In this document: positions 7,979 to 17,545 of the stretch, in pieces
Layout: every line of letters starts with the position of its first letter
How positions within the stretch are numbered: the stretch's first letter is position 1
Source of the DNA: Fidelibacterota bacterium
GTDB taxonomy: Bacteria > Fidelibacterota > Marinisomatia > Marinisomatales > CAZVFT01
Assembly (NCBI GenBank): GCA_014381485.1
Contig: JACNLN010000099.1
Coordinates: 1 to 36,129 of the forward strand
Length of the DNA: 36,129 bases
Direction: 5' to 3'
Program-made: the position numbers and the translations under genes
The notes under the pieces: generated by a model
What the model saw: only the letters and a program-made list of their open reading frames with translations
The model's database searches: none
What the model was told of the DNA's origin: nothing

Positions 7979-10348
7979 ATGAAAAAATTCATTGACCTGC
8001 GAAATCCTGATTTTGTAGTTGTTCTGGGTTTTATCCTGTTAATTTGTATACTGTTTAGTCCTGTTATTTTTCAGGGGAAAATGTTTGGCTCTCCCGATTC
8101 ACTGAATCCAAAAGCTGCATCAAATATACTGAATAAAAAAGCTGAGGAGACGGGTGAGTTTCTTCTATGGCAGCCGTGGATTTTCAGTGGTATGCCAACA
8201 GCGGAAGCATTTACGAATATCAGTAAGCTTTACTTTCCGTATTATATTTTCAAATTACTATTCATTCCTGGACTATTCATACAGCTAATCCATTTAATAT
8301 TTTGTGGTGTGGGGGGATATTTAGTCGGCAGGAAATTTAACCTATCAACGATTTCTGCATTTTTAGTAGGGGCGGGATTTATGATCACCCCTTTTATTTT
8401 AAGAATGATCGTATTTGGTCATGGCAGTAAGATGATGACCGCGTCTTACCTTCCGTGGATTTTCTTGTTAACACTGAAATTGTTTGAAAAACATCGAATA
8501 ATAGATATGGGTTTTCTGGCAATACTGCTGGGATTTCAGCTTCAACGGGGACATGCCCAGATTGTTTATTACACATTGATGTTCATAGGAGCTTATGTTT
8601 TATACCAGATTATAGTCGCTATTATCGATACAAAAGAACTTCAATCTGCTTTTAAAGGAACGGCATTATTTTTAGGTGCTATGGTATTAGCATCTGGAAT
8701 GGCGATGTTGGTATATTTGCCGTCAATGGAATATGCACCGTATTCTGTTAGGGGAGCGGGAGTAAGTGGGGGTGCTGATTATGGCTATGCTACAAACTGG
8801 TCTTTTCATCCGAAAGAGATGATTACGTTTTTAATTCCTTCTGCCTTCGGTTTCGGGGGACAAACGTACTGGGGACATATGCCTTTTACGGATTTCCCCA
8901 ATTATATGGGTGTTATTATTTTACTACTTGCTATTATTGGGTTGGTTCGCCGATGGGAGCAAGTAACATGGTTTTTCTTAGTAACCTCCATTTTAGCTCT
9001 TTTAATTTCATTTGGGAAACACTTCAGCTTGGTTTTTGACTTTTTTTACAATGTATTCCCATTTTTCAGCAAATTTCGTGTTCCGACTATGATTCTGATT
9101 CTCCTGCAGTTCAACGTAGCGATTTTAGCAGGCTTCGGATTAGATAGTTTATTAACGCTTAGAAAAAATGTAATTCCAAGATGGATATGGATACTGGCAG
9201 GAGTATTAGGTTTTTTTACATTGGTGTTGGTAATTGGAGAATTGTTCTTAAAATCAATCGTGAGTTCTGGTTTTACTGCTCCCAGAACGCAGGATCCTAG
9301 AATGATTCGAGCCATCAATGCTCTGCGGTGGGATCTCTGGTACGAAGATGCGTGGATTATGATTTTGTTTGTTACCGCATTCCTGGCTATGATTTGGCTT
9401 TGGATTAAACGAATGGTAAATCGAAATCTATTTCTGATTGGAATCGTTGCTGTAACCATTATTGATATTGGGATTGTAGATCAAAAAATTATTCAGCCAT
9501 CTCGCAAATCCGGTCGGGCTTCACAACTCATCAGCTCCAGAGTCATTCAGCGATACTTACAACCAGATAAGGTCATCAAATTTTTACAGGAGGATAAGGA
9601 GGGTCAATTCAGGATTTATGCTGTGGGACAATTGTTTAACGAATCACGATTTAAGGCATTTGGGATTGAATCAGTGGGAGGGTATCACGCAGCAAAATTG
9701 AAAGTTTATAACCGATTTCTTGAGAAGACTCGTAAAGCTTCAACCATACCTCTTATGAAGATGTTAAATGTTAAATTTTTAGTAAGCCCTCAAGAAATCA
9801 AACATCCAGACTTGGCCTTCGTTTATCAGGACAAATTGCTAACTGGACGGGGCTATATGAATGTATCTATTTACAAACTGAAGAAGAATCTTCCGAGAGC
9901 ATGGTTTGTTCAAGATGTTAACCATTTAGCTGACCAGGGCGAACTTTGGAGAGCTATTTCAGATCCTTCCTTTGACCCAGATTCGATAGCCTATGTGACA
10001 GAGCAAATAGATATTTCTGACGATTTAGGGAGAGGAAGTGTGGAAGCAATTAAAACCACTATTCACCAATTATCTATCGAAACGTCTTCAGATACGCTTG
10101 GATTTTTGGTCGTTAGCGAGGTTTATTTTCCTCTCAGGTGGAAGGCAAGTATTGATGGAAAACCTGCGGAGACGATAAAAGCAAATGGAGTAATTCGGGG
10201 CGTTATTGTTCCAGCTGGGGAACATAAAGTAGAATTCAACTACGATAAATCGTCGTTTCACAACGGAATAAAAGTTTCCCTTATATCATTTTTTATTTCG
10301 ATATGTTTTATTTCTTATGGGATAATTAAGAAAAGACGTGGCCGTTAA
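7979..10348 (+). CDS. YfhO-family polytopic membrane protein (putative extracytoplasmic glycosyltransferase)
   Basis: 789 aa. The N-terminal half has many TM helices. It contains the ETGEFLLWQPWIFSGMPTAEAF motif that I associate with YfhO-like proteins. A large soluble C-domain is followed by a final TM helix (VSLISFFISICFISYGII). It starts 8 nt after the flippase stop. Confidence 0.7.
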   Translation: MKKFIDLRNPDFVVVLGFILLICILFSPVIFQGKMFGSPDSLNPKAASNILNKKAEETGEFLLWQPWIFSGMPTAEAFTNISKLYFPYYIFKLLFIPGLFIQLIHLIFCGVGGYLVGRKFNLSTISAFLVGAGFMITPFILRMIVFGHGSKMMTASYLPWIFLLTLKLFEKHRIIDMGFLAILLGFQLQRGHAQIVYYTLMFIGAYVLYQIIVAIIDTKELQSAFKGTALFLGAMVLASGMAMLVYLPSMEYAPYSVRGAGVSGGADYGYATNWSFHPKEMITFLIPSAFGFGGQTYWGHMPFTDFPNYMGVIILLLAIIGLVRRWEQVTWFFLVTSILALLISFGKHFSLVFDFFYNVFPFFSKFRVPTMILILLQFNVAILAGFGLDSLLTLRKNVIPRWIWILAGVLGFFTLVLVIGELFLKSIVSSGFTAPRTQDPRMIRAINALRWDLWYEDAWIMILFVTAFLAMIWLWIKRMVNRNLFLIGIVAVTIIDIGIVDQKIIQPSRKSGRASQLISSRVIQRYLQPDKVIKFLQEDKEGQFRIYAVGQLFNESRFKAFGIESVGGYHAAKLKVYNRFLEKTRKASTIPLMKMLNVKFLVSPQEIKHPDLAFVYQDKLLTGRGYMNVSIYKLKKNLPRAWFVQDVNHLADQGELWRAISDPSFDPDSIAYVTEQIDISDDLGRGSVEAIKTTIHQLSIETSSDTLGFLVVSEVYFPLRWKASIDGKPAETIKANGVIRGVIVPAGEHKVEFNYDKSSFHNGIKVSLISFFISICFISYGIIKKRRGR

Positions 10349-10464
10349 ATAGACGTCATTTTTTACGATACATAAAATAATTACTACATTGAGATCACTT
10401 ATATTTTTTGTAATTTTGCCGACCGAATAATTAAGTAATAAATCATTTCAGGAGATATTAATAA

Positions 10465-11607
10465 ATGATCGAACCACACGGTGGAAATCTTGTTGACTTA
10501 AAGACAATCGCAGCAACTGAGGATTTACGCGAAAACTCATCACTGGTTTTAACGGAACGTGGACTGGCAGATTTTGAAATGCTGGCAACCGGCGCTCTCA
10601 GTCCTTTAACCGGTTTTATGGCGAAGGATGATTATCTCTCTACCATAAATAATATGCGTCTCTCCAACGGATTGGTATGGAGTATCCCTATCACGCTTCC
10701 AATCACTTCGGATCAGTATGCTGATTTGAAAACGGCAGATGAAATAAATTTAAAAGATAGTACAGGTAAAGCTCTGGGAAAGATTTTTGTATCTGATATT
10801 TACACCTATGATAAACATCTTGAAGCGGAAAAAGTGTATCAAACCACCGATGATAAACATCCGGGAGTAGCTGCTTTGCAAATGCAGGGGGAATATCTGA
10901 TAGCGGGGGAGGTGGAAGTGTATTCACTTCCTGAATATGATATATTTCAGGAATATCGTTTAGCACCTGTTGAGCTGAGGAAAGTCTTTCAAGAAAAGGG
11001 GTGGCAACGGATTGTTGGATTTCAAACCCGAAATCCCATTCACAGGGCTCATGAATATATCACTAAATGTGCTCTGGAAATCGTGGATGGACTATTGATT
11101 CATCCTCTGGTGGGTGAGACAAAGTCAGATGATATTCCAGCATCTGTCCGAATGGAATGTTATAGAGCCATTCTTGATAATTATTTCCCGCACCGACACA
11201 CTGTTCTTGCTGTTTATCCTGCTGCGATGCGCTATGCTGGTCCGAGAGAAGCGATATTTCACGCTATCACAAGGAAGAATTACGGATGTACGCACTTCAT
11301 AGTTGGTCGTGATCATGCGGGAATTGGTAACTATTATGGTACCTATGATGCCCAGAAGATCTTTGAGAATTTTACCCGTGATGAACTCGGTATTGAGCCG
11401 CTCTTTTTCGAGCATGCGTTTTATTGTAAACGAACAGATTTGATGGCAACGACAAAGACATCAAGAGCTATGGATCATGAGAAGATATTTTTAAGTGGTT
11501 CTAAAGTACGTGAGATTCTGAAAAGTGGAGGACGATTACCTGAAGAGTTTACTCGTCCAGAAGTTGAAGAGATATTAAGGAGGCACTACAGCAATGAAAA
11601 AAAGTAA
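10465..11607 (+). CDS. sat: Sulfate adenylyltransferase (ATP sulfurylase, homo-oligomeric type)
   Basis: Carries the diagnostic QTRNPIHRAHEYI and FIVGRDHAGIG motifs. AGGAGA RBS lies 8 nt upstream of the ATG. Confidence 0.95.
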   Translation: MIEPHGGNLVDLKTIAATEDLRENSSLVLTERGLADFEMLATGALSPLTGFMAKDDYLSTINNMRLSNGLVWSIPITLPITSDQYADLKTADEINLKDSTGKALGKIFVSDIYTYDKHLEAEKVYQTTDDKHPGVAALQMQGEYLIAGEVEVYSLPEYDIFQEYRLAPVELRKVFQEKGWQRIVGFQTRNPIHRAHEYITKCALEIVDGLLIHPLVGETKSDDIPASVRMECYRAILDNYFPHRHTVLAVYPAAMRYAGPREAIFHAITRKNYGCTHFIVGRDHAGIGNYYGTYDAQKIFENFTRDELGIEPLFFEHAFYCKRTDLMATTKTSRAMDHEKIFLSGSKVREILKSGGRLPEEFTRPEVEEILRRHYSNEKK

Positions 11608-12157
11608 TCCATTAAAACCAGGTGATAACAATTTAAAAGGAGTTGGTATCTGGATGACCGGTTTATCCGGTGCAGGTAAAACAACTATATCAATATTTTT
11701 GGAAAAAAGGCTCATTGAAATGGACTATCGAGTTCAAAGACTTGATGGTGATATTGTTAGACAGGATTTGACAGCTGACCTTGGGTTTAGTAAAGAAGAT
11801 CGGGATAGAAATATCCAGCGGGTATCATTTGTCGCCCATTTACTGGTTAATCAGGGGATTGTTGTTCCCTGTGCCTTTATTTCTCCTTACTGGGAAGAGA
11901 GGCAGTACGCGAGGGATAAAATCGGCCGATTTATTGAAGTTTTTGTAGAGTGTCCACTGAAAGTATGTGAGAAGAGGGATGTAAAAGGTTTATACGCCAA
12001 AGCAAGAGCAGGTGAAATTAAAGGTTTTACTGGTGTTGATGACCCTTACGAGATACCGAAAAATCCTGAAATTGTAGTTCATACTGACAAAATGACTTTG
12101 GAAGATGAAGTTGAAATAATTATAGATTACCTTAAAGAACACAACTATATTGTTTAA
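11594..12157 (+). CDS. cysC: Adenylylsulfate (APS) kinase
   Basis: P-loop GVGIWMTGLSGAGKTTI is collinear with E. coli CysC GVVLWFTGLSGSGKST. Also has LDGDIVR and GFTGVDDPYE motifs. Overlaps the sat stop by 14 nt. Confidence 0.95.
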   Translation: MKKSNPLKPGDNNLKGVGIWMTGLSGAGKTTISIFLEKRLIEMDYRVQRLDGDIVRQDLTADLGFSKEDRDRNIQRVSFVAHLLVNQGIVVPCAFISPYWEERQYARDKIGRFIEVFVECPLKVCEKRDVKGLYAKARAGEIKGFTGVDDPYEIPKNPEIVVHTDKMTLEDEVEIIIDYLKEHNYIV

Positions 12158-12210
12158 TCACTCCCTGGATTCACAGAAATTACTTTCACAATGAAATCAA
12201 TGGTGGAAAA

Positions 12211-13398
12211 ATGAAAATTTACCAACAGGTTGGGAATATCAAAGCAGCTCTCTTTCTGGGTGGTATCCTTCTTGTTGGTAGTTTATTGTTTTATACTCAA
12301 TCAATAATTGATGATCTAAGAAAAGAGAGCAGAGAAGTTGTGTCTCTGTATGCTCAACTTATGGTCCACGGGGTTACAGAATCTGAGGATGCAGAACTTG
12401 ATTTCATTTTTCGTGAGATTATCCAGAAGGTCAAGTTTCCAGTCATCTATTCTGGTGATGATAACATCCCTATCAACTGGAGGAATCTAACTGGAGATGA
12501 AACGTTGGATGTTGAGGTTGTACAAAAATATATGGTACAAATGGATAAACAGAATTCTCCAATACCTCTTGTGTATTCTTTAAAACGTGGTACAGGGCAG
12601 GCCGAGGAGCTGGTATTGGGATATTTTCACTATGGTGATTCAAAATTAATTCGACAGCTCCAATGGTTACCCTATATTGAGATCGGTGCGGTGGCATTGT
12701 TTATATTTTTAGGATTTGTTGGATTTCAGGTCATTCGGAATAATGAGAAACGGAATATATGGTTTGGTCTGGCAAGAGAGACAGCTCACCAGTTAGGGAC
12801 GCCTGTATCTTCGTTAATGGGATGGCTTGATCGAATGAGGGAATATCCAGAAAAATCGAAAGAGATTGTACCAGAAATAGAGAAAGATATGGGTCGATTA
12901 CAACAGATCAGCGACAGGTTTTCAAAAATGGGATCTCCTCCGAGATTGGAAAAGATAAATTTGAACGAACTTATCCATTCCGTTCTTGGTTATTTCGAAC
13001 GTCGTTTACCAAAAACAGGGAGAGCGATCTCACTGGAGTTTCAAGAAAAAAAAGATGTTTTTGTACTGGGTAATTCTACTATCCTATCGTGGGCTATCGA
13101 AAATATTGTTAAAAATGCTGTGGATTCAATTGAAGGTAATAAAGGTAGAATTTCTCTATCGATTCATTATGATAATCGGAAAGTGGTGCTCAACATAACC
13201 GATACTGGAAGAGGAATTCCAAAAAGCGATGTGAAGAATGTGTTTCGTCCGGGTTACAGCACAAAAAAACTGGGGTGGGGATTGGGACTTAGCTTGACAA
13301 AACGCATCATCGAGGAATTCCATAATGGAAAAATAAAAATTACTGCTTCTGAAATAGGAGAAGGTACTACATTCGAAGTTCGTCTTCCTACAGATTAA
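12211..13398 (+). CDS. Membrane-bound sensor histidine kinase (two TM helices, ~130-aa extracytoplasmic loop, HisKA + HATPase_c)
   Basis: TM helices are AALFLGGILLVGSLLFY and IEIGAVALFIFLGFVGFQVI. The H-box is ETAHQLGTPVSSLMGW, with the His codon at 12787-12789. The N-box is ENIVKNAVDS, G1 is DTGRGIP and G2 is GWGLGLSL...GEGTTF. No response regulator is present anywhere in the window. Confidence 0.9.
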   Translation: MKIYQQVGNIKAALFLGGILLVGSLLFYTQSIIDDLRKESREVVSLYAQLMVHGVTESEDAELDFIFREIIQKVKFPVIYSGDDNIPINWRNLTGDETLDVEVVQKYMVQMDKQNSPIPLVYSLKRGTGQAEELVLGYFHYGDSKLIRQLQWLPYIEIGAVALFIFLGFVGFQVIRNNEKRNIWFGLARETAHQLGTPVSSLMGWLDRMREYPEKSKEIVPEIEKDMGRLQQISDRFSKMGSPPRLEKINLNELIHSVLGYFERRLPKTGRAISLEFQEKKDVFVLGNSTILSWAIENIVKNAVDSIEGNKGRISLSIHYDNRKVVLNITDTGRGIPKSDVKNVFRPGYSTKKLGWGLGLSLTKRIIEEFHNGKIKITASEIGEGTTFEVRLPTD

Positions 13399-13423
13399 TT
13401 CATCTTGTATGTATGAGAAAAAT

Positions 13424-13447
13424 AAAAACCCCAATTTTGGGGTTTTA
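13424..13447. terminator. Bidirectional intrinsic terminator between the convergent histidine kinase and sodB genes
   Basis: AAAACCCC-AATTTT-GGGGTTTT hairpin (13425-13446), flanked by an A-run on one side and a T-run on the other, so it has a U-tail on either strand. Confidence 0.7.
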
Positions 13448-13475
13448 TACGTTTAAGGAATTGTGAAAATCTGAT

Positions 13476-14057
13476 TTATACTTGAAGATTTTTAGCTATG
13501 AAATCCCAATTGATAATGTTCCAGAATGCTTCAATATATTTCGGTCGAGCATTCCGGTAATCAATGTAGTACGCGTGTTCCCAGACATCACATGTGAGCA
13601 GTGCTGTTTTTCCTAAGGTCATAGGAGTTCCAGCGTTGCTGGTGCTCATAATTTCTAAGGATCCATTTTCATTTTGCACCAACCACGCCCAACCAGAACC
13701 AAATGTGGTGATAGCTGTTTGCGAGAATTCGGTTTTAAATTCATCAAAGGAACCGAAGGTAGAATTCAGAAGAGATATCACTTCACTTGAAGGTTCACTA
13801 CCTCCATTTGGACTCAAACAATTCCAGTAGAAGGAGTGGTTCCAGTGTTGAGCACTATTATTGAAAATTCCTCCTGGGGAAGTTAAAATGATATCTTCCA
13901 GGGTTTTATTCTCAAATTCAGTACCTCCGATAAGTTTGTTGAGATTATCGATGTACGCTTTATGATGTTTTCCATGATGATAGTCCAGGGTTTCTGAAGA
14001 TAGAAAAGGTTCAAGAGCGTCCTTTTCAAATGGAAGTTCAGGTAATTGATGTAACAT
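13476..14057 (-). CDS. sodB: Iron-type superoxide dismutase
   Basis: Has HHGKHHKAYIDNLN and DVWEHAYYIDYRNARP metal-ligand motifs. FNNSAQHWNHSFYW matches the Fe-type signature (E. coli SodB has FNNAAQVWNHTFYW). AAGGAGAG RBS lies upstream. Confidence 0.95.
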   Translation of the reverse strand: MLHQLPELPFEKDALEPFLSSETLDYHHGKHHKAYIDNLNKLIGGTEFENKTLEDIILTSPGGIFNNSAQHWNHSFYWNCLSPNGGSEPSSEVISLLNSTFGSFDEFKTEFSQTAITTFGSGWAWLVQNENGSLEIMSTSNAGTPMTLGKTALLTCDVWEHAYYIDYRNARPKYIEAFWNIINWDFIAKNLQV

Positions 14058-14120
14058 TTTTCACTCTCCTTTATAATTTTTCAGACATTTTTCACCCGTT
14101 GTTACTTCAGTAATCCTGCG

Positions 14121-14162
14121 AAATTATCGTAACCTTTGGGGTTTAACAAATAGATATTTGTT
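14121..14162 (-). promoter_or_regulatory. Candidate sodB promoter (TTGTTA-17 nt-TAATTT) overlapped by an 18-bp perfect palindrome
   Basis: On the minus strand the -35 TTGTTA is at 14149-14144 and the -10 TAATTT at 14126-14121, with a 17-nt spacer. The palindrome AACAAATA-GA-TATTTGTT (14145-14162) covers the -35. It lies 9 nt past the ftsZ stop and 88 nt upstream of the sodB ATG. Confidence 0.35.
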
Positions 14163-14170
14163 ATTGTTCC

Positions 14171-15346
14171 CTATTGATGTCGCTGTCTGATAAATGCTGG
14201 AATATCCATATCATCATCGAAGTGAAGGACTTGGCTATCGTCTTCCGAATTATCTATGCTTTTACTTTCTACTTTTTTTGCGAATGTAGGAGTATTATGC
14301 TGGTTGTGAACCGCAATAGCTTCAGCTCGAAAACGAGGAATTTTTTCAGTCACAGTTGATTTTTCAGCTTCAATATATTTCGGTCTTCGGTTGAATCCCG
14401 TAGCAATCACTGTTATACTGATTTCCCCATCTTTTATTGTAGGATCAATGACGGCACCGAAAATGATATTAGCATCCTGACCAGCTTCCTCGAATATGAT
14501 GGAAGTAGCCTCGTCAACTTCATGTAGAGTTAGATTGTCCCCGCCAGTGATATTAACAAGAACTCCCTGAGCACCACTAATATTAACTTCTTCCAGCAGA
14601 GGACTGGAGATGGCTTGCTGGGCAGCTAATACAGCTCTTTCCTCGCCAGATGCAATTCCTGTGCCCATTATAGCGTCCCCCATATCTCTCATTATTGTAT
14701 CCACGTCGGCAAAATCAAGGTTGATAAGTCCATGGACACTGATTAGATCTGAGATTCCTTTGGTAGCTTGAAGCAAAACAGCATCGGCCATACTGAAGGC
14801 TTCGATGATTGTTGTAGATTTATCAACAATGTTGAGAAGTTTTTGGTTAGGGATGACGATTTGAGTATCGCAGCTTTTCTGCATCTCCTCAATCCCAGCA
14901 AGAGCCCTGTCCATTCGTTTTGGTCCTTCAAAATGGAATGGTTTTGTAACAACTCCTACTGTGAGAGAATTAGACTCTCGGGCGATCTGGCTGATTACTG
15001 GAGAAGCTCCAGTTCCCGTACCACCACCCATTCCTGCAGTAACGAACACCATATCAGCACCTTCGATAATGTTTGCTACCGCCTCCCTTTCCGACTCAAT
15101 AGCCTCTCTTCCTAAATCAGTTTTGGCTCCAGCTCCTAATCCCTTCGTCAAATTCTTCCCAATCTGGATTTTTGTTTCAGCCTTGTTGTTGTCAAGATCC
15201 TGAGCATCAGTGTTGATTGCTATAAATTCTACTCCTTCAAGACCTGACGAAATCATTCGATTAAGAGCGTTTCCACCTGCACCACCTACACCTATGACTT
15301 TTATCTTTGCTTTCTGATCTCCCAGACTATCGAACTCAAATAGCAT
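14171..15346 (-). CDS. ftsZ: Cell division GTPase FtsZ
   Basis: Has [17 protein letters not shown], the tubulin signature [13 protein letters not shown] and the C-terminal peptide [18 protein letters not shown] lies upstream. Confidence 0.98.
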   Translation of the reverse strand: MLFEFDSLGDQKAKIKVIGVGGAGGNALNRMISSGLEGVEFIAINTDAQDLDNNKAETKIQIGKNLTKGLGAGAKTDLGREAIESEREAVANIIEGADMVFVTAGMGGGTGTGASPVISQIARESNSLTVGVVTKPFHFEGPKRMDRALAGIEEMQKSCDTQIVIPNQKLLNIVDKSTTIIEAFSMADAVLLQATKGISDLISVHGLINLDFADVDTIMRDMGDAIMGTGIASGEERAVLAAQQAISSPLLEEVNISGAQGVLVNITGGDNLTLHEVDEATSIIFEEAGQDANIIFGAVIDPTIKDGEISITVIATGFNRRPKYIEAEKSTVTEKIPRFRAEAIAVHNQHNTPTFAKKVESKSIDNSEDDSQVLHFDDDMDIPAFIRQRHQ

Positions 15347-15476
15347 GTTCGATCCTCCTTTCTATTTTATTGTTGGTTAATGAAGATTATTTTGAAATGG
15401 TTTTTTTCTCTCTTATGGTTGTTGAATATCAATGAATTTTCAGTTGATATTAAAATGGATGTACAAAGTAAATCCA

Positions 15477-16733
15477 TTAGAGTAACTCCCCAAACCAATC
15501 CTTCACCCGTTGTAATACCTGTCTAAGAATGGTGTCTTCACTGTCTCCCAGGTTGAAATCTTCCCCCATAATAGAGTCGTACTGGATCAGTCCAATAGCT
15601 TCAGCATAAATGGGACTGGCTGCTATATCTACGACGCCACCGATTCCCTTCGGAATCCCGATTTTAACAGGACCTCCAATAACTTCCTCTGCAAGACTTG
15701 TTATATTCCGTAACAGGGCACCACCTCCAGTCAGAACAACACCGAAAGTAAGGGGATTCTTGACATCTGACCGAAGTATCTCAGTTTTTACTAGTTGGAA
15801 AATTTCTGACATCCTGGCTTCTACATAACGGGATACTTCGTGTTCGGATACATGTCTGGTGACCTCTTCAGGCCCATGTGGTAGTTCAAAATCAAGATCC
15901 GTTGAAGCCATAGAAGCCTTTGCTGAACTATACTTAAGTTTGATTTCCTCAGCTTCTTCTAAAGAGACCTGAAGCATCATAGCTATGTCATTTGTGATAT
16001 TATTACCACCGATAATAATAGAAGCGGTGTGTCTCACTGAGCCTTCGAAAAAGACAGATATATCAGTGGTACTTCCGCCAATATCGATGAGTACAATTCC
16101 TAACTCTTTTTCATACGGTTCCAGCGTAGCAGAGGCTGATGCAAGGGGTCTGAAAATAAATCCTATCACTTCAATGCCTGCTTCCTCTACACACTTTGTG
16201 ATATTTTTAATTGATGAAGAAGATCCGGTCACAAGGTGTACTTTTGCTTCCAATCGTCGCCCAACCATTCCAACTGGATTTTTTATTCCACCCTGATCAT
16301 CCACCACATATTCCTGAGGTAAAATGTGGATGATTTCCCGATCAATGGGGAGGGAAATCGCTTTTGCCATATCGAGAACACGATTGATTTCAGAATTGGA
16401 TATTTCGTTAACCTGAGTTATCGGGGGACCATTTTTAGAGATGGCGATAGCCCCCTGAGTGTTGATTCCTCGAATGTGATCCCCAGAAATTCCGACAAAG
16501 GAATTTTTAACTTTGACGTTGGCCATCTTCTCAGCCAGTTTCACTGCTTTTTCTACAGATTGTACCATCTCATCCATATTAACAACGACACCCTTTTTCA
16601 TTCCCCGTGAAGCAACAAGACCTGCTCCCACGAGCTTCATACCGTTTGTTTTCTCATCAGGCTGGGCAATGATACAGCAGACCTTTGTAGTACCAATATC
16701 CAGTCCTACACTGATTCTTTTTTCCTGTACCAT
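15477..16733 (-). CDS. ftsA: Cell division protein FtsA (actin-like ATPase)
   Basis: Has the SVGLDIGTTKV phosphate-1 motif, VLIDIGGSTTDISVF and GVVLTGGGALL. Its position between ftsQ and ftsZ is as expected. Confidence 0.97.
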   Translation of the reverse strand: MVQEKRISVGLDIGTTKVCCIIAQPDEKTNGMKLVGAGLVASRGMKKGVVVNMDEMVQSVEKAVKLAEKMANVKVKNSFVGISGDHIRGINTQGAIAISKNGPPITQVNEISNSEINRVLDMAKAISLPIDREIIHILPQEYVVDDQGGIKNPVGMVGRRLEAKVHLVTGSSSSIKNITKCVEEAGIEVIGFIFRPLASASATLEPYEKELGIVLIDIGGSTTDISVFFEGSVRHTASIIIGGNNITNDIAMMLQVSLEEAEEIKLKYSSAKASMASTDLDFELPHGPEEVTRHVSEHEVSRYVEARMSEIFQLVKTEILRSDVKNPLTFGVVLTGGGALLRNITSLAEEVIGGPVKIGIPKGIGGVVDIAASPIYAEAIGLIQYDSIMGEDFNLGDSEDTILRQVLQRVKDWFGELL

Positions 16734-16742
16734 ATCAGCACC

Positions 16743-17534
16743 TTAAACGTTTTTTCTCTCTTTTATCACAATCTGTCTATCGTATCGCAGGTCGACATAA
16801 GTATAATCATAAAGGGAACGAAGACCTTGAATCGTTCGCTCAAAACAGTTGAGCAACCTTATCTGTTGCAATACGCCTTTAGATCCCAGATAGATTTTTG
16901 TCGGTTTTTTCGATAAGCAGAGGATATATTCATCCCCAATATTAATTTTTAATTCAGCCAGATTATCATATAGTTTGGGATATAAGTTCTTGATCTCAGC
17001 CATTATTTCTACCGCCTCTTGAACTTTCTTTGAAAGGCATTTTTCTCCAATGGGGTAGAGTTCGTCAGCCGGGTTAAACCCCGTTAACGTGGGAACATCA
17101 AAATCAAAAATGCCCTCTTTTAAGGGAAGAATAATGCCCTCATCATCCACAAGGTAGTAGGGTGTATGGTCAATGTAGGCGATAGGCTTTCTTTCAAAAA
17201 TGTCAATTTTTATGGTGGAAGGGAAATCCCGACTGATTCGTGCCGCTTTAATGTAGGGATGTTTCTCAAGATTTGTTCGTAGGATTGTTAAGTTTAGACT
17301 GTTAATTCTTGCGTAAGGGGGAATTTGGACCCACTTGGATATTTCGTCCCTTTCAAGATAGTTGTTCCCTGTGATTTTTATCTGTTTCAATGTGTAGTGA
17401 TCAGTGAATCGAGCCCAGAAAAATGCGCTTACAGACAATGATATAAAACCTCCAACGATGAGAAGCCCAAGCAGCCACCTGGTTGTGGTTAATATCCACT
17501 CTGGAAGTTGTCTTTTTCGTTTTCTATTCACCAT
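16743..17534 (-). CDS. ftsQ: Cell division protein FtsQ (bitopic, POTRA domain)
   Basis: Basic N-terminus followed by a single TM helix (WLLGLLIVGGFISLSVSAFFW). The POTRA-like segment is LKQIKITGNNYLERDEISKWV. It sits in the conserved slot between murB and ftsA. Confidence 0.85.
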   Translation of the reverse strand: MVNRKRKRQLPEWILTTTRWLLGLLIVGGFISLSVSAFFWARFTDHYTLKQIKITGNNYLERDEISKWVQIPPYARINSLNLTILRTNLEKHPYIKAARISRDFPSTIKIDIFERKPIAYIDHTPYYLVDDEGIILPLKEGIFDFDVPTLTGFNPADELYPIGEKCLSKKVQEAVEIMAEIKNLYPKLYDNLAELKINIGDEYILCLSKKPTKIYLGSKGVLQQIRLLNCFERTIQGLRSLYDYTYVDLRYDRQIVIKERKNV

Positions 17535-17545
17535 AATTAGTCTTT

